This document shows, piece after piece, positions 52,277-61,567 of a stretch of 64,000 nucleotides of DNA; position 1 is the first letter of the stretch, and every line of letters begins with the position of its first letter. A program made the position numbers and the translations under genes. Source of the stretch: Candidatus Hadarchaeales archaeon (lineage in GTDB: Archaea > Hadarchaeota > Hadarchaeia > Hadarchaeales > Hadarchaeaceae); assembly GCA_038851075.1 (NCBI GenBank), contig JAWCLG010000003.1:40973-104972 (forward strand), given 5' to 3'. The notes beneath the pieces are model-generated. The model made no database searches and was not told where the DNA came from. It saw nothing but the letters and a program-made list of their open reading frames with translations.

Positions 52277-54040
52277 GTGAAGAGAAACTTTTTACCCTAC
52301 ATCTTCATTTTACCTGCACTTGTCCTATTTCTGATGTTCTTCATATTCCCGAATGCCTACGTTTTCTATTTGTCGATGCACGAACTTGGTCCGAGCGGTG
52401 AGGCGCAGGAAAACTGCCTTACCAGCATTTACCCTCGATACCTGAATGAGAACAACTTCTATCGGGCAGAGTTTGATATAAAATCCGGAATTTTTTGCCT
52501 GATGAGGATATACGAAGGAAACGAAGAAACTCTCATTTCTGACGGTTTTTCATCTGGTAGGGTCGGAACCTGGTACAAATTAAGGGTTGAGGTGATAAAA
52601 AAGGACAACGTCGATACGATAAGATCTTGGATAATCGGAATTGAGAACGGATATAAAATCTTTGAAAACTCGTGCGCTCCGCTGAACCACGGCGGACTTG
52701 CCCTGTCAGCATATTTCAACAGGGATTTTACTGTGGTCTGGGACGATCTCCGGATGATGGAATATCTCGAAGATAAGCCGAATGTGGCTTTTGGCGAAGA
52801 AACAAGTTCAGACATTGAAAACTGGGAAAGGAGCAGAACCATTGAAATCGAGGGAACTGGTAAAGCACTGGAAAACTATCCGATCCAGTTCGATATTGAA
52901 TGGCAGACAGACATGAGGGCTGACTTTGGAGATATCCGGTTTACGGGGGAAAATGGAGCCGAATTTCTGGACTACTGGATCGAGAGGTACTCGCGCGGTC
53001 AGCTTGCAACCGTCTGGGTGAAAATCCCATTATTGCCGGAGAACGGTACCGCAATCAAAGTTCACTACGGCAACCCTGAGGCAACTTCATCAAGCGAGAT
53101 TCGGAAAACTTTTGTATTCGGGGACGATTTCGAAGACGCCGCCTGGACGAACGCCCACTTTGAGATGTCCGAATGTGAAGGGTGCTCGCAAGTGGCTGAA
53201 AACGGAGAATATGTGATGATGGGCAATGCTGGGTCTCTTGTGTTCACCAATATAAACCTCCCAGAAATTCCTGAAAACATTGTTTTGGAGGTAAACGTGA
53301 AGTTGAAGAAGGTAGGCACAAGAGAATTTGGTCTTTCGTTCGTCGGGGCAAAAAATTTCTTGGAGCTATTCTCAGACAACATGTTTCTGATGTCTCTGCT
53401 TCTGGTCGCAGGCATAGCGATACAGTCCATAGTGGTGCAGGTCCCCGCGGGTCTGGGGCTCGCTCTTGCGCTGAGGAACATCAGGGGATCCCGCACTTTC
53501 CTAACCATATTCTTCCTCCCGATGACAATATCCCTCGTCACACTCTGCCTTATGTGGAAGTACCTCATATTCAGTCCTCAGGGCATTCTTAACTCAACCT
53601 TTGGGATGAGCCTCGACCCGACCAAAGATGCGTTCACGCTCTTCCTCGCGGTGAACATCATCGCGGACTGGATATATATTGGACTTTACACTGTGATGTT
53701 CAACAGCGCCATGAAAAGCATACCAAAATCTGTTTTTGACGCCGCCAAGGTCGATGGGCTCTCAGGATTCAAAACCCTTAGAAAGATAGTGATACCTGCC
53801 CTGAAGAACATCATTCTGGTATCGATAATAATGTGCATCTCCGGGACTTTCAAAACATTTGACACGTGGTGGGTGCTGGGAGGAGGTCCGACCGCCCCGC
53901 TTCATCTGCCCTCAACCTATCTGGTGACAAAAATAGGGTCCGGTCTAATAGGATATGCCTCAGCCATAGCTGTGATCAGTTTCTTCATATGTCTGGTCAT
54001 AGTGCTAATCCAGCTGAAGGCGATGAAGGTGAAGGTATGA
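52277..54040 (+). CDS. Carbohydrate ABC permease (MalF-type) with a large extracellular insert containing a DUF2341-like domain
   Basis: YIFILPAL...FVGAKNF framing; EAA-type loop FDAAKVDG; insert DFGDIRF...YWIE...VWVKIP...HYGNP. Confidence 0.87.
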   Translation: MKRNFLPYIFILPALVLFLMFFIFPNAYVFYLSMHELGPSGEAQENCLTSIYPRYLNENNFYRAEFDIKSGIFCLMRIYEGNEETLISDGFSSGRVGTWYKLRVEVIKKDNVDTIRSWIIGIENGYKIFENSCAPLNHGGLALSAYFNRDFTVVWDDLRMMEYLEDKPNVAFGEETSSDIENWERSRTIEIEGTGKALENYPIQFDIEWQTDMRADFGDIRFTGENGAEFLDYWIERYSRGQLATVWVKIPLLPENGTAIKVHYGNPEATSSSEIRKTFVFGDDFEDAAWTNAHFEMSECEGCSQVAENGEYVMMGNAGSLVFTNINLPEIPENIVLEVNVKLKKVGTREFGLSFVGAKNFLELFSDNMFLMSLLLVAGIAIQSIVVQVPAGLGLALALRNIRGSRTFLTIFFLPMTISLVTLCLMWKYLIFSPQGILNSTFGMSLDPTKDAFTLFLAVNIIADWIYIGLYTVMFNSAMKSIPKSVFDAAKVDGLSGFKTLRKIVIPALKNIILVSIIMCISGTFKTFDTWWVLGGGPTAPLHLPSTYLVTKIGSGLIGYASAIAVISFFICLVIVLIQLKAMKVKV

Positions 54041-54924
54041 AAACCGAATTCGAGAAGGAATGGCACGGTAAAAAGATACTGAAATACGCCGTCCTGGTGA
54101 TTTTCGCCGCGATAATACTTGTTCCCATAATTATGCTCGTGGTGGAATCACTGAAAACCGGTGAAGAGTTCGTCAAGAATCCCCTGTCCCTTCCATCAAA
54201 TCCGCAGTTCTCAAACTACATCGACGCCTGGAGAGGTGAGACCACAACAATGGTCCCGGGACAAAAAATCAATCTCGGGATAGGAATCGAAGATGGTTTC
54301 ATAAACAGTCTCATAGTGGTGATTGCTTCCGTTTTTATAATTCTGGGCATAGGGCCGCTCGCCGCATACGCACTTTCATCCCTTGACCTGAGAGGAAGAC
54401 GAGCATATTTCTACGTTTTTATGAGCGGCATGTTCATCGGAGGACCTGCGCTGCCTGCCCTCTGGATGCTGACAAACATGCTCGGCATTTACAACACATA
54501 TCTGGCGCTGATACTCCCATATGTAGCCGGGGCCCTGCCGTTCACCATCCTGATAATGTGGTCGTATTTTAAATCCACCTCAAGGTCCCTGTACGAGGCC
54601 GCAAAGATAGACGGTCTCTCCCAGTTCAAAACTTATTACAAAGTGATGCTTCCAACCGCCATGCCCGCGCTCATGACGGTAGCCATACTGCAGACAATAT
54701 GGATATGGAACGAATTTTTGCTATCGCTTGTGCTAATACAGAACCCCAACTTTTACACAATCCCCAGGGCGGTTTACTTCTTCTCAACCGCGGCCACCAA
54801 AGGACCGGGCTGGGGGATATTCTTCGCCGGAGTTCTGCTGGCAGCCCTTCCCACAGTGATAGCATACTTGCTGTTCTCTGAACAGATAAAGAGAGGCATG
54901 AGCATGGAGGTCTTCAAGGGCTGA
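54037..54924 (+). CDS. Carbohydrate ABC permease (MalG-type)
   Basis: FSNYIDAW, FINSL, YEAAKIDG, WNEF; ATG overlaps the upstream stop (ATGA). Confidence 0.92.
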   Translation: MKTEFEKEWHGKKILKYAVLVIFAAIILVPIIMLVVESLKTGEEFVKNPLSLPSNPQFSNYIDAWRGETTTMVPGQKINLGIGIEDGFINSLIVVIASVFIILGIGPLAAYALSSLDLRGRRAYFYVFMSGMFIGGPALPALWMLTNMLGIYNTYLALILPYVAGALPFTILIMWSYFKSTSRSLYEAAKIDGLSQFKTYYKVMLPTAMPALMTVAILQTIWIWNEFLLSLVLIQNPNFYTIPRAVYFFSTAATKGPGWGIFFAGVLLAALPTVIAYLLFSEQIKRGMSMEVFKG

Positions 54925-54936
54925 GCGAAGGAACGC

Positions 54937-56046
54937 TCAGGCCACCATCACTCCTCCGGGCTCATCAAAAAACCTGACGCATTCCATACTGAGGGTCAGA
55001 TAAACCGTGCTTCCAACGTCCTTCCCGAAATCGGGGCGAACCACTGCAGTCATCTTCGTCCCACCAGCGTCCAGCTCCAGATATTTAACGTTGCCCATCT
55101 GCTGAGAGAAATAAACCTTGGCCGGCATGGCCCCCCTCATCCTCTTTTCGCTCACCTGAATATGCTCCGGTCTTATTCCGATGGTTATCTTCGAGCCTGA
55201 GATGCTTCTCTTTAACGCGCGCCACAGCGGCAAAGGTATCAACAGACTGAAATCACCAGTCGCCTCAAAGAACACTTTTCCTCTCCTTCTTACCAGATCT
55301 CCGGTCACGAAATTTATTTTTGGACTGCCTATGAACTCCGCTATAAACTTGTTAGCGGGACAATCATATATTGTCTTTGGCCTGTCCAGCTGGAGCAGCT
55401 TTCCGTCCTTAAGCACCGCAACCCTGTCAGCAAGTACCATCGCCTCGGCCTGATCATGTGTTACGTACACGGTTGTTGTCTTCAACTTATTATGCAACTT
55501 CTTGAGCTCTGTTCTCATGGAAACCCTAAACAACGCGTCCAGGTTTGAAAGCGGCTCATCCATAAGATAAATGGATGGGTTTCTGACGATCGCCCTCCCA
55601 AGAGCCACCCTCTGTTGCTGCCCTCCGCTCAGCGCAGTGGGCCTTCTTCTAAGCAGGTGCGTTATCTGAAGTATTTCTGCGGTCTTTGTCACCCTCTCAA
55701 CTATTTCTTCCTTTGGGACTTTGTCGACCTGAAGACAGAGGGCCATGTTATCAAAAACCGTCATGTGCGGGTAAAGGGCGTACTCCTGAAAAACCATTGC
55801 CACGTTTCTTTCCTTGGGCTCGAGATCGTTGACGCACTTTCCGTTGAACAGTATTCTGCCCTTGGTTGGCTTTTCTAGACCGGCAATCAACCTCAATGCG
55901 GTGGTCTTGCCGCAGCCTGACGGGCCGAGAAAAACCATGAACTCTCTATCCTTTATTTCTAGATCTAGGTTATCGACAGCCTTCACGCTGCCGAACTCCT
56001 TGCACAGATGTTCAAGCTCAACTTCTACCATTTTTGACCATTCCAT
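54937..56046 (-). CDS. Sugar ABC ATPase (MalK/MsmX type)
   Basis: GPSGCGKT, LSGGQQQR, MDEPLSNLD, VTHDQ, GIRPE. Confidence 0.95.
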   Translation of the reverse strand: MEWSKMVEVELEHLCKEFGSVKAVDNLDLEIKDREFMVFLGPSGCGKTTALRLIAGLEKPTKGRILFNGKCVNDLEPKERNVAMVFQEYALYPHMTVFDNMALCLQVDKVPKEEIVERVTKTAEILQITHLLRRRPTALSGGQQQRVALGRAIVRNPSIYLMDEPLSNLDALFRVSMRTELKKLHNKLKTTTVYVTHDQAEAMVLADRVAVLKDGKLLQLDRPKTIYDCPANKFIAEFIGSPKINFVTGDLVRRRGKVFFEATGDFSLLIPLPLWRALKRSISGSKITIGIRPEHIQVSEKRMRGAMPAKVYFSQQMGNVKYLELDAGGTKMTAVVRPDFGKDVGSTVYLTLSMECVRFFDEPGGVMVA

Positions 56047-56151
56047 CTTGGGTAGTGATGTATAAAAAATTAGTCCACATCAACTAAAGCAGGTTATTGC
56101 TTGAGCGGTGCCCTATTTTATAACCCTTCCACATTCTTTATGGTGCTGCAC

Positions 56152-56727
56152 ATGATGGAAGAGGTCCTCAGGACGTTTCTTTCACTTTTTGTTATCATGG
56201 GGCCGTTTGCCAGCATACCCGTGTTCATGTCGGTAGTCAGGAGGGTAAAAAATAGAGGCAGGACTGCCGTTGCTTCACAGGCGGTGGGAATTGCCGCCGC
56301 TGTTCTCTTCACTTTCCTGTTCGTGGGAGAGTACATCCTGCAGGCGTTCATGATAGACATGAACTCCCTCAGGGTCGGTGGAGGAATCATACTCGCGGTG
56401 CTCGGCATAGAACTCGCGCTGGGATTCTCAGTAGCCGGGGTGAAAAGAAAGTACTCCCCTGCTGTGGTTCTGATCGGCACTCCGCTCCTTACCGGTCCCG
56501 GCGTGATAGTGACCACCATGATATTCGTAAGCGAGTACGGACACCTGATAACCGCGCTCGGTGCGATAGCAGCGCTGTTCCTCAGCTGGGTACTTCTGTG
56601 GCTATCAGCTAAGCTCATGAAGGTGGTAGGTGAACCTGGCCTTGAGATAGTGTCCACGGTCACCGGAATACTTCTAGTGGCGGTGGCGGTGAACTTCATC
56701 ATCACCGGGCTCGGAAACCTCCTCTGA
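56152..56727 (+). CDS. MarC family membrane protein
   Basis: LFVIMGPFASIPVF, RVGGGII, TPLLTGPG. Confidence 0.88.
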   Translation: MMEEVLRTFLSLFVIMGPFASIPVFMSVVRRVKNRGRTAVASQAVGIAAAVLFTFLFVGEYILQAFMIDMNSLRVGGGIILAVLGIELALGFSVAGVKRKYSPAVVLIGTPLLTGPGVIVTTMIFVSEYGHLITALGAIAALFLSWVLLWLSAKLMKVVGEPGLEIVSTVTGILLVAVAVNFIITGLGNLL

Positions 56728-56779
56728 GAAACCTATTTAGGCTGTGCTGAAAATGATGTCAAGTGTCTGGGTGGTAAAC

Positions 56780-57145
56780 ATGCCGGCACCAACAGGTCCG
56801 ACAAACCCGGTGCTCCGCAGGCTGATAAGGGAGCTTAGAAAGTCCGGGAAGGAGAACAGGTCCAGGATATGGTCAGAGTTAGCTGATAGACTGGAGAGCC
56901 CGAGAAGGATGCGCGCCGAGGTGAATCTGAGCCAGATAAACAGGTACACCGAGAATGGAGCAGTGGTTGTTGTTCCGGGCAAAGTCCTGTCCGCAGGCAA
57001 ACTCAACCATCCCGTGACAGTGGCCGCCTTCAAATTTTCAAATCCTGCCAGACGGAGAATAGTTGCCGCCGGGGGGAGAGCGATAAATATATCCGAACTC
57101 ATCAGAGAAAACCCTGCCGGAAAAGGCGTAATATTGATGGGATGA
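56780..57145 (+). CDS. rpl18e: 50S ribosomal protein L18e
   Basis: TNPVL...EVNLSQINR...VVPGKVL. Confidence 0.96.
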   Translation: MPAPTGPTNPVLRRLIRELRKSGKENRSRIWSELADRLESPRRMRAEVNLSQINRYTENGAVVVVPGKVLSAGKLNHPVTVAAFKFSNPARRRIVAAGGRAINISELIRENPAGKGVILMG

Positions 57146-57149
57146 TGCC

Positions 57150-57578
57150 ATGCTCGTAATAGATGGAAGAGATACCATACTCGGAAGGCTCGCGAGCTTT
57201 GTCGCGAAAAAACTCCTGGAGGGGGAGAGTGTGACAATAGTTAACGCGGAGCACGTGGTGGTGTCGGGAAAACGTGAAAAAATAATCGAAATATATAGAG
57301 GATGGATGCAAACACGTAACATCGCAAATCCGAGGAAGGGCCCTTTCCATCACAGAAATCCGGATGCCCTTGTCAGAATGGCGGTCAGAGGAATGCTACC
57401 ATACGACAGGCACAGGGGGCGGGAGGCTTTCAGAAGGCTCAGGGTTTACACCGGTATCCCTGAGGAGATGAGCGGCATGGAAACTGCACATGTTCCTGTC
57501 GCCAAGATTGACAGTCTTGGAACAAGGCGTTATATCAGAGTGGGCGAGATAAGCAGGTTTTTGGGAGGGAAATCGTGA
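57150..57578 (+). CDS. rpl13: 50S ribosomal protein L13
   Basis: ILGRLASFVAK, VRGMLP. Confidence 0.96.
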   Translation: MLVIDGRDTILGRLASFVAKKLLEGESVTIVNAEHVVVSGKREKIIEIYRGWMQTRNIANPRKGPFHHRNPDALVRMAVRGMLPYDRHRGREAFRRLRVYTGIPEEMSGMETAHVPVAKIDSLGTRRYIRVGEISRFLGGKS

Positions 57579-57973
57579 AGACTGTGATAACCACCGGAAA
57601 GAGAAAAACCGCTCTGGCACGCGCTGTCCTCAAGAAAGGGAATGGCAGAGTAAAGATAAACGGCAAGGCGCTGGAAACAATTGAGCCCGAGCTGGCCAGA
57701 CTGAAGATCATGGAACCGCTTGTACTGCTTCCAGAACTCTCCAAACAGGTGGACATAGAAGTCGAAGTGAAAGGCGGCGGGACAATGGGCCAGGCTGATG
57801 CCGTGCGAACCGCGATAGCAAGGGGGCTGATAGGATGGTCCGGAGATGAGAAGGTTAGAGAAACGCTGAAGCAGTATGACTGGTCTCTCACAAAAAGCGA
57901 CGTACGCTTCAAGGAGCCCAAAAAGCCAGGCGGCCCGGGGGCACGCGCAAAATTCCAGAAGAGCTATAGGTGA
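57575..57973 (+). CDS. rps9: 30S ribosomal protein S9
   Basis: GKRKTALARA, GGGTMGQA, ARAKFQKSYR. Confidence 0.97.
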   Translation: MKTVITTGKRKTALARAVLKKGNGRVKINGKALETIEPELARLKIMEPLVLLPELSKQVDIEVEVKGGGTMGQADAVRTAIARGLIGWSGDEKVRETLKQYDWSLTKSDVRFKEPKKPGGPGARAKFQKSYR

Positions 57974-57982
57974 GGTGATTGT

Positions 57983-58174
57983 ATGAGGCCCGTTAGATGC
58001 ATGAGCTGTGGAAAACTGCTGGCTGACAAATATAAGGAGTTCGATGAGCGCGTTAAAAATGGTGAAAACCCAAAGCGAGTTCTTGATGAACTCGGACTGA
58101 AGAGGTACTGCTGCAGATCAACCATGCTCACCAGCATCGACCTGACGGACGAAGTGGCGAAGTACAGAAAGTAG
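57983..58174 (+). CDS. rpoN: RNA polymerase subunit N (Rpo10)
   Basis: PVRCMSCGK...RYCCR. Confidence 0.97.
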   Translation: MRPVRCMSCGKLLADKYKEFDERVKNGENPKRVLDELGLKRYCCRSTMLTSIDLTDEVAKYRK

Positions 58175-58218
58175 CGCCCAATATCCTTTTGAGCCCAGAG
58201 ATACGTTTTAATGAGAGC

Positions 58219-59517
58219 ATGTCCAGCGAGTGGTATCTCGAGTTCGTGAATGAGAAGTACAGGCCGTCTGAAACCGACATAAAGGTGCTTTTCTACTACG
58301 AGCCAGCTAAAGGCATTTCCAGAAAAGATGCCATCGGCAGGATAGCATCTGAGAGCTCCTCCGGAACTTGGACAACTCTGGCGGAGACTCCCGCGCTGCT
58401 GCCCAAGGTGAAGGCATACGCTTACTGGAATAATCGAAGTTATGTGAAGGTGGCCTACCCGATAACATGTTTTGAAAGAGGGTCTCTGCCCGGGCTGATG
58501 AGCGCGATAGGCGGCAACATATACGGCATGAAGGCGCTCAAAAACCTCAGACTCTTAGATGCAGAGCTGCCCGAGGAATACCTGAAGTCGTTCAGGGGAC
58601 CAACCTACGGGAGAGGCATCATAAAGAGGATATTCAGGAGGGATTCAGGACCCATCACTGCGGTCGTGCCGAAGCCGAAAATAGGCTACACGGCCGAAGA
58701 ACATGCGAAAGTGGGGTACTCGATCTGGATTGGAGGCATAGATTGTCTCAAGGACGACGAGAATCTCACCGATCAGGACTTTAATCGCTTTGAAAAGAGG
58801 GTGAGGCTCGTAGCGAAATACAGGGAAAGGGCCGAGAGTGAAACCGGGGAGGTCAAGGAAGCCTTTCTGAACGTCACGGCACCGAACCTCAAAGAGCTGG
58901 AGAGAAGAATAAAACTTGTCCACGATCACGGTTTCAGATACTTCATGCTGGATGTTGTTGTGGGCGGTTTCACGGCTGTTCAAACTGCCGCAGACCTAGC
59001 CCACGACTACAGGATGGCCATACACGGCCACAGGGCCATGCACGCGATGTTCACTAGAAATCCGAGGCACGGAATGTCCATGCTTTTCCTCGCGAAACTC
59101 ATGAGGCTCACCGGTGTCGACCAGCTCCACATAGGCACGGTGGTGGGAAAACTGGCAGGGGAGAAAAAGGAAGTGCTGGCAACCAACGAAGCGATAACGC
59201 AGGATGAGGTCAGGGAGATACCTGGTCTCAGAATGCCGCAGAGATGGGGGAGGATAAAGCCGATGTTGCCGGTCGCATCCGGAGGTCTGCACCCTGGCCT
59301 GCTACCGGATCTTTTCAGAATCTACGGAACGATGGACTTGATACTCCAGCTTGGCGGCGGGACTCAGGGGCATCCAATGGGGACAGAAGCAGGCGCAAGG
59401 GCCGTGACCCAGGCGATTGAGGCCTGCAGGGAGGGGCTGAGTTTAAAGGAGTACGCGGAAAAGCATAAAGAGCTGAAAGCAGCCCTCGAGAAGTGGGGAA
59501 CAACAAGGCCGAGATAG
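58219..59517 (+). CDS. rbcL: Form III RuBisCO large subunit
   Basis: ESSSGTWT, PKPKIG, LKDDENL, HGHRAMH, HIGTVVGKL (loop-6 Lys), SGG, GGG. Confidence 0.92.
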   Translation: MSSEWYLEFVNEKYRPSETDIKVLFYYEPAKGISRKDAIGRIASESSSGTWTTLAETPALLPKVKAYAYWNNRSYVKVAYPITCFERGSLPGLMSAIGGNIYGMKALKNLRLLDAELPEEYLKSFRGPTYGRGIIKRIFRRDSGPITAVVPKPKIGYTAEEHAKVGYSIWIGGIDCLKDDENLTDQDFNRFEKRVRLVAKYRERAESETGEVKEAFLNVTAPNLKELERRIKLVHDHGFRYFMLDVVVGGFTAVQTAADLAHDYRMAIHGHRAMHAMFTRNPRHGMSMLFLAKLMRLTGVDQLHIGTVVGKLAGEKKEVLATNEAITQDEVREIPGLRMPQRWGRIKPMLPVASGGLHPGLLPDLFRIYGTMDLILQLGGGTQGHPMGTEAGARAVTQAIEACREGLSLKEYAEKHKELKAALEKWGTTRPR

Positions 59518-60465
59518 GTGATCAGTTTGTCATACCAGGTTGAGCTGATATCTCCATCCGAGAAAGAAAGACTGTTCAAAAAATACTCCGGACGCTACCT
59601 GTACACTAAAAAAGCCAACATCTACGGGTGCTGCATAAAGCTCCTCACCGAACTTGAATTCGTGAAGGACATGTGGGAGGAAAACTTCTACACTGCTGAC
59701 GAGAACATAAGATCGCACGGCAGGCTCATCGTTCTTGAGGAACCGGGAGAGCCGATGAGCGTAAAGTACGACCCATACACAAACACGGCATTTCTGATCA
59801 ACGTGGATTATTACGGGTGGATAAAGAGCATAGCGCTCGCGGTTGCAGGAGACGTTCTGGAGGACGAGCATGGGATATACTCTGTCCACGGTGCAGCAAT
59901 AGACGTGGGAGGAGTCGGCATATCAATCATGGCTCCATCAAAAACGGGAAAAACCACCCATTCATGGGGCCTACTGAGGTTGAAAGAAGCTAGGCTGATC
60001 ACCGACGACTGGTACTTTGTCCGTATTTATGAGAGGGGTGCGCTGGCATTCGGATCTGAAAAAAACTGCTATGTGGAAGCCGACATCGGGAACATCTGGA
60101 AGGAATATGAGGGAATACTGGAAAAAGCAACGTTTGATCAGCGCGGCAGGGCAATAGTGAACGTCAGGTGGGCGATCGGGAGCGGAGGAGTAATCCCGAT
60201 GACGACGCTCAGAAAGATCATCATGCTGAAGAGGGACAACGGGGACCCGGTCATAGCCAGAAGGCTGAGCACTACGGAAGCTATGGGATATCTGGTCGAT
60301 AACGATTTCTGCAACCCCCACCAGCTCATCCGAGATGAGCGCAAGCTGGAGATAAGAAAGAATTTTTTTGAGAGGCTGTTCAACGTTGCTGAAGTTTACC
60401 TTGTGAACACAGTAAAACCGCCTCTTGAAACCCACGCGGAGATATTAAAGTTATTGAAGGAGTGA
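59518..60465 (+). CDS. HPr-kinase/PEPCK-fold P-loop protein of unknown substrate
   Basis: VHGAAI...APSKTGKTT...LITDDW pattern; abuts the rbcL stop. Confidence 0.7.
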   Translation: MISLSYQVELISPSEKERLFKKYSGRYLYTKKANIYGCCIKLLTELEFVKDMWEENFYTADENIRSHGRLIVLEEPGEPMSVKYDPYTNTAFLINVDYYGWIKSIALAVAGDVLEDEHGIYSVHGAAIDVGGVGISIMAPSKTGKTTHSWGLLRLKEARLITDDWYFVRIYERGALAFGSEKNCYVEADIGNIWKEYEGILEKATFDQRGRAIVNVRWAIGSGGVIPMTTLRKIIMLKRDNGDPVIARRLSTTEAMGYLVDNDFCNPHQLIRDERKLEIRKNFFERLFNVAEVYLVNTVKPPLETHAEILKLLKE

Positions 60466-60504
60466 AGGAAGCCGTTTTATCCTGGATTGTAGATTTTTTG
60501 CGGG

Positions 60505-60608
60505 GGGGCCGTGGGGTAGCATGGTCCAGCCTCCCAGCTTGGGGTGCTGGTGACCCGAGAAACCTGTACAGGCCGGGTTCGGGAGTTCAAATCTCGGCGG
60601 CCCCACCA
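60505..60608 (+). tRNA. tRNA-Pro(GGG) with 26-nt intron at 53/54 (60560-60585)
   Basis: GGGGCCG/CGGCCCC-A-CCA; CCAGC-TT GGG GT-GCTGG; excision restores CCGAG-TTCAAAT-CTCGG. Confidence 0.92.
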
Positions 60609-60659
60609 TACTATTAGAAGCCGAAGCACGTTAGATCATGGATGCGTGGAGGAATCACC

Positions 60660-60791
60660 ATGGGGGGTAAGAAGACCGAGAGAGAAGAAGATGAAGAAAT
60701 AATTGAAGAGGAAGAAGAGCAGGAAGAGATGGACGAGGAGGAGGCCTGGCAGGACGAGGACGACATGGAGGCCAACGAAGAGGAATCATAG
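60660..60791 (+). CDS. 43-aa hyper-acidic small protein
   Basis: GGAGG RBS; MGGKKTEREEDEEIIEEEEEQEEMDEEEAWQDEDDMEANEEES*. Confidence 0.55.
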   Translation: MGGKKTEREEDEEIIEEEEEQEEMDEEEAWQDEDDMEANEEES

Positions 60792-60804
60792 CCTTCCGAA
60801 ACTC

Positions 60805-61335
60805 CTAAAATCTCATGAACTTCTCTTTCATCTCCCTGCGTTTATCCTCCAAGAATCTGAAAACTGAAGAATGTTTTGCGCCGCGGAGTATCATGTCAAC
60901 TGCCTCACGTGCGACGGCCAGCTGATCTGCGGTGCCGATGAGCGCCACTGTTTTTCCGTAAACCGAAATCGATGACCCAGTGCTGTCTTCCACCAATTTC
61001 CGAACTTTACCCTTCTCCCCTATGAGCCTCCCCTTTATCCTCACAAGTGCGTTTTCAGAGTCTCCAACGTAATCCCTTATGTCAACTATCTCGAGTTGCA
61101 TCTCATCTTCCAACAACCTGAAGGCCCTATCAGAGCTGAACCCCCTGGCTATGGCGTTCACAACATCCCTTGCCTTCATGGCCCCGAGGGGGTCATCGCC
61201 GGACTCTATATAAACCTCACCGGTCTCGCTGTCGAGTTTCAGCTTGGTCTTGGTTCTCTCCTCTATCTCACGTTTGACCCTACCATCTGGACCTATGACA
61301 ACACCAATCCTGTCCTTCGGGAGTCTTGTGTACAT
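60805..61335 (-). CDS. Dim2/Pno1-like KH-domain ribosome biogenesis protein
   Basis: IGVVIGPDG, AIARGFS, KGRLIGEKG, GAKHSSV. Confidence 0.92.
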   Translation of the reverse strand: MYTRLPKDRIGVVIGPDGRVKREIEERTKTKLKLDSETGEVYIESGDDPLGAMKARDVVNAIARGFSSDRAFRLLEDEMQLEIVDIRDYVGDSENALVRIKGRLIGEKGKVRKLVEDSTGSSISVYGKTVALIGTADQLAVAREAVDMILRGAKHSSVFRFLEDKRREMKEKFMRF

Positions 61336-61435
61336 ACAACCACGCGATGAAACCCACATTTCTAAAGTTGACCCAAAAAATAAACCTTCTGGCCACACGG
61401 GAGATATTTACGGATGAGAGAAAGTGTTATTCGGT

Positions 61436-61520
61436 GCCGGGGTAGCAAAGCTAGGTAATGCGCACGCCTTGAGAGCGTGTGGCCCTTCGGGCCTCGAGGG
61501 TTCAAATCCCTCCCCCGGCG
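61436..61520 (+). tRNA. tRNA-Ser(TGA), intron-less
   Basis: GCCGGGG/CCCCGGC-G; CACGC-CT TGA GA-GCGTG; long variable arm. Confidence 0.95.
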
Positions 61521-61567
61521 CCTCTGCAAAGTCTTAATCACACCATCGGACATCTTCAATTGAGAGC

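Noticed and set aside
53866-54036. N-terminal extension of the second ABC permease in the ORF track
   Set aside because: It overlaps the upstream permease; the ATGA-coupled start at 54037 is more plausible
35020-56100. Integrative element at tRNA-Leu carrying the glycan island
   Set aside because: No integrase, and I saw no duplicated tRNA 3' end at the far boundary
58219-59517. RuBisCO-like protein (form IV)
   Set aside because: KDDE, HRAMH and loop-6 GKL catalytic residues are all present
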